From assembly GCA_017550025.1 (NCBI GenBank), contig JAFYLU010000072.1, positions 1,885-65,884 on the forward strand: 64,000 nt of DNA, given 5' to 3'. Shown here one piece after another: positions 61,445 through 64,000 of this stretch (position 1 is the first letter of the stretch; every line of letters starts with the position of its first letter). Made by a program: the position numbers and the translations under genes. This stretch comes from Bacteroidales bacterium (lineage in GTDB: Bacteria > Bacteroidota > Bacteroidia > Bacteroidales > UBA932). Under the pieces are notes generated by a model, which worked only from the letters and a program-made list of their open reading frames with translations, was not told the origin of the DNA and ran no database searches.

Positions 61445-62386
61445 CTAGGCCATAGTACCGCCGACAAGATCAAGGATTTCCGCCGTGATCTCCTGCTGGC
61501 GTCCCTTGTTATAGGCCAGAGTCAGTTCGTCAATCAAGTCTTTTGCATTATCCGATGCCACCTGCATTGCAAGAGTGCGGGCTGCATGTTCCGAAGCATT
61601 CGCATCAAGCAGAACGGTATATATCTTCAGAAGCAGAACCAGCGGAAGCAGATTCCTTGCCAAGGATATCGGATCGGGTTCAAGAATATAATCGACAGGC
61701 TCCGCAGCACCTTCATCATAGTCATGAAGCGGAAGCGGAAGATAATTCTCCCGCACTACAGGCTGGGAGGCAGGCGAAGCGAAATGGCTGTACACAAGGA
61801 CCACCTGCGCAACTTCTCCTGAAATAAAACTGTCCACAAGGGTATGGGCAAGAGCCGAAGCCTGCTCATAGGAAGGCTTGTCAGCCATTTCAGGATAATC
61901 TCCCACAACCCTATATCCGGATTTTGACGCAGCGTCAGAAATCTTGCGTCCAACTGCATATACATCAATATCGTCCGTACCATATCCCTGTCCCTCCAGC
62001 AGGCTTATGGTCTCCTGATATTTCTTTATGACATTGGCATTGAATGCTCCGCAAAGGGAACTGTTGGACGAAAAGGCTACAATCGCGATGCGGGGATACA
62101 CATCCTTCGTCGGCACCTGATCAAGACCGATATCCTGAAGCACGACAGCAGGATGTCCGTCAGGATTGCCGAAGCCGAGTTTGGAATGAAGAGCCTTGTA
62201 GAGATCGTCATCCTGAAGAAGGCCGGACAGAATATGATGCAGTTTCTGCTCATACGGCAGTTTGTTGCCTATGGCTGTCTGGGCCTTGTGCAGCTTGGCC
62301 GAGGCGACCATCTTCATTGCGGAAGTGATCTTCAGCGTATTCTTCACAGAGCCTATCCTGGTCTTTATTTCCTTCAGTGACGACAT
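61445..62386 (-). CDS. atpG: F1F0 ATP synthase gamma subunit
   Basis: LKEIKTRIGSVKNTLKITSAMKMVASAK, LCGAFNAN, SEHAAR, YNKGRQQEITAEI. Confidence 0.98.
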   Translation of the reverse strand: MSSLKEIKTRIGSVKNTLKITSAMKMVASAKLHKAQTAIGNKLPYEQKLHHILSGLLQDDDLYKALHSKLGFGNPDGHPAVVLQDIGLDQVPTKDVYPRIAIVAFSSNSSLCGAFNANVIKKYQETISLLEGQGYGTDDIDVYAVGRKISDAASKSGYRVVGDYPEMADKPSYEQASALAHTLVDSFISGEVAQVVLVYSHFASPASQPVVRENYLPLPLHDYDEGAAEPVDYILEPDPISLARNLLPLVLLLKIYTVLLDANASEHAARTLAMQVASDNAKDLIDELTLAYNKGRQQEITAEILDLVGGTMA

Positions 62387-62410
62387 TGGATTCAGATTAT
62401 CGGTTATAAA

Positions 62411-63997
62411 CTACGGCTTCATTCCGCTGACGATGGAAGCGGCTTCATGTTCAATGACGAGCGCAATCTTGTCATCAATCCTGCCTTCAGAAAGCGGCTT
62501 GAGCACATCATCTGCATGGAATGCGCGCATCTTGCTCAGGAAAGTTGTCTGGAAATCATCCACCTGATCCAAGGCAAGGTCTTTAAGAAGTCCCTTTGTG
62601 CCGCAATACAGAATGGCAACCTGCTCTCCAACCGGCATCGGAGAATACTGCGGCTGCACAAGAAGCCTGTTATTCTTTCTGCCCTTGTCCAGGGCCATCG
62701 CCGTAATAGGGTCAAGGTCGCTGCTGAACTTCGAGAATGACTCAAGCTCCCTGTACTGTGCCTGGTCTATCTTCAGGGTTCCCGCCACCTTCTTCATACT
62801 CTTCACCTGTGCGCTTCCGCCGACACGTGAAACCGAAATACCTACATTGACCGCAGGGCGGAATCCCTGGTTGAAGAGATCCGTCTCAAGGAAGATCTGG
62901 CCGTCCGTGATGGAAATCACATTGGTCGGGATATATGCAGAGACATCGCCCGCCTGGGTCTCGATGATTGGCAGGGCTGTCAACGATCCTCCCGCCTTGA
63001 CCTTACCTACCAACGACGGCGGAAGATCATTCATCTTTTCAGCCACCTCCTGCTGTCCGATGATCTTCGCAGCTCTCTCAAGGAGTCTCGAATGCAGGTA
63101 GAAGATATCTCCGGGATATGCCTCACGACCCGAAGGACGACGCAGGATCAGCGACACCTCACGATAGGCCACAGCCTGCTTTGACAGGTCATCATAGACC
63201 ACAAGGGCATGCCGGCCGGTGTCGCGGAAATACTCGCCTATGGCAGCTCCGGCAAACGGAGCATAGTACTGCATTGCTGCAGGATCGGCAGCAGTGGCCA
63301 CCACGACCACGGTATAGTCCATCGCCCCTTTTTCCTGAAGAGTATTCACTATAGATGCTACGGTAGAACCTTTCTGCCCTATAGCCACATATATGCAATA
63401 TACAGGCTCTCCGGCGAGATATGCTGCTCTCTGATTGATTATAGTATCGATCGCAATAGCCGTCTTGCCGGTCTGACGGTCTCCGATTATAAGCTCACGC
63501 TGACCTCGGCCTATCGGAATCATCGCATCCACAGCCTTCAGTCCTGTCTGCAGAGGCTCGGTCACAGGCTGACGGAAGATAACCCCCGGAGCCTTCCTCT
63601 CGAGCGGCATCTCGCACAGTTCACCACCGATATGTCCCTTTCCGTCAAGCGGTTCGCCAAGCGGATTGACCACACGGCCCACCATGGACTCGCCGACATT
63701 CAAAGAAGCTATCCTTTTCGTACGATGTACCCTCATTCCCTCCTTGATCCTGTCTGTCGGACCAAGAAGAACCGCTCCCACATTATCCTCCTCAAGATTC
63801 ATCACGACAGCCTTGATCTCGTTGTCAAACTCGAGAAGTTCTCCGGCTTCCGCATTCTTCAGCCCATGTATCCTCACGACTCCGTCGCTGACCTGCAGTA
63901 CCTGACCGACCTCCTCCAGACGAAGGTCAGTGCTGATGCTTCTCAACTGTTCGAGAAGCACATCCGATATTTCGCTCGGGCGTATCTGTTCTGACAT
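62411..63997 (-). CDS. atpA: F1F0 ATP synthase alpha subunit
   Basis: [67 protein letters not shown]. Confidence 0.99.
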   Translation of the reverse strand: MSEQIRPSEISDVLLEQLRSISTDLRLEEVGQVLQVSDGVVRIHGLKNAEAGELLEFDNEIKAVVMNLEEDNVGAVLLGPTDRIKEGMRVHRTKRIASLNVGESMVGRVVNPLGEPLDGKGHIGGELCEMPLERKAPGVIFRQPVTEPLQTGLKAVDAMIPIGRGQRELIIGDRQTGKTAIAIDTIINQRAAYLAGEPVYCIYVAIGQKGSTVASIVNTLQEKGAMDYTVVVVATAADPAAMQYYAPFAGAAIGEYFRDTGRHALVVYDDLSKQAVAYREVSLILRRPSGREAYPGDIFYLHSRLLERAAKIIGQQEVAEKMNDLPPSLVGKVKAGGSLTALPIIETQAGDVSAYIPTNVISITDGQIFLETDLFNQGFRPAVNVGISVSRVGGSAQVKSMKKVAGTLKIDQAQYRELESFSKFSSDLDPITAMALDKGRKNNRLLVQPQYSPMPVGEQVAILYCGTKGLLKDLALDQVDDFQTTFLSKMRAFHADDVLKPLSEGRIDDKIALVIEHEAASIVSGMKP

Positions 63998-64000
63998 ATC

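Overview
Chromosomal segment from a Bacteroidales-type organism, inferred from SusC/SusD pairs, repeated TAnnTTTG -7 promoter boxes and the atpA-atpG end of the ATP synthase operon. About 50 kb (1-48.5 kb) is an N-glycan/mannoside utilisation superlocus. It has two convergent SusC-SusD-GH18-DUF1735/LamG cassettes, four GH92 domains (one fused to GH125), GH130, GH20, GH29, GH2, GH3, ManA, a CotH-kinase lipoprotein and a LacI regulator, and is interrupted by a 4-gene patch (hypothetical, PanE-like, MscS, Rpn nuclease). At 50.6-57.7 kb lies a SusD-less TonB-dependent transporter, a multi-OB-fold lipoprotein and a surface DNA/RNA endonuclease, a candidate nucleic-acid foraging module. Housekeeping genes follow (metK, smpB, miaA, atpG, atpA). 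The most unusual non-coding signal is a 99-nt structured element present twice (25717-25815, 59718-59816), each between convergent genes, with an identical core but unrelated perfect 18-19 bp outer stems. The metK leader is also complex, with a SAM-II-like motif, a terminator-like hairpin, a multi-hairpin insert and a duplicated translation-initiation region. No tRNA, rRNA or CRISPR array was seen. All family calls come from motif recognition by eye; no database search was run.
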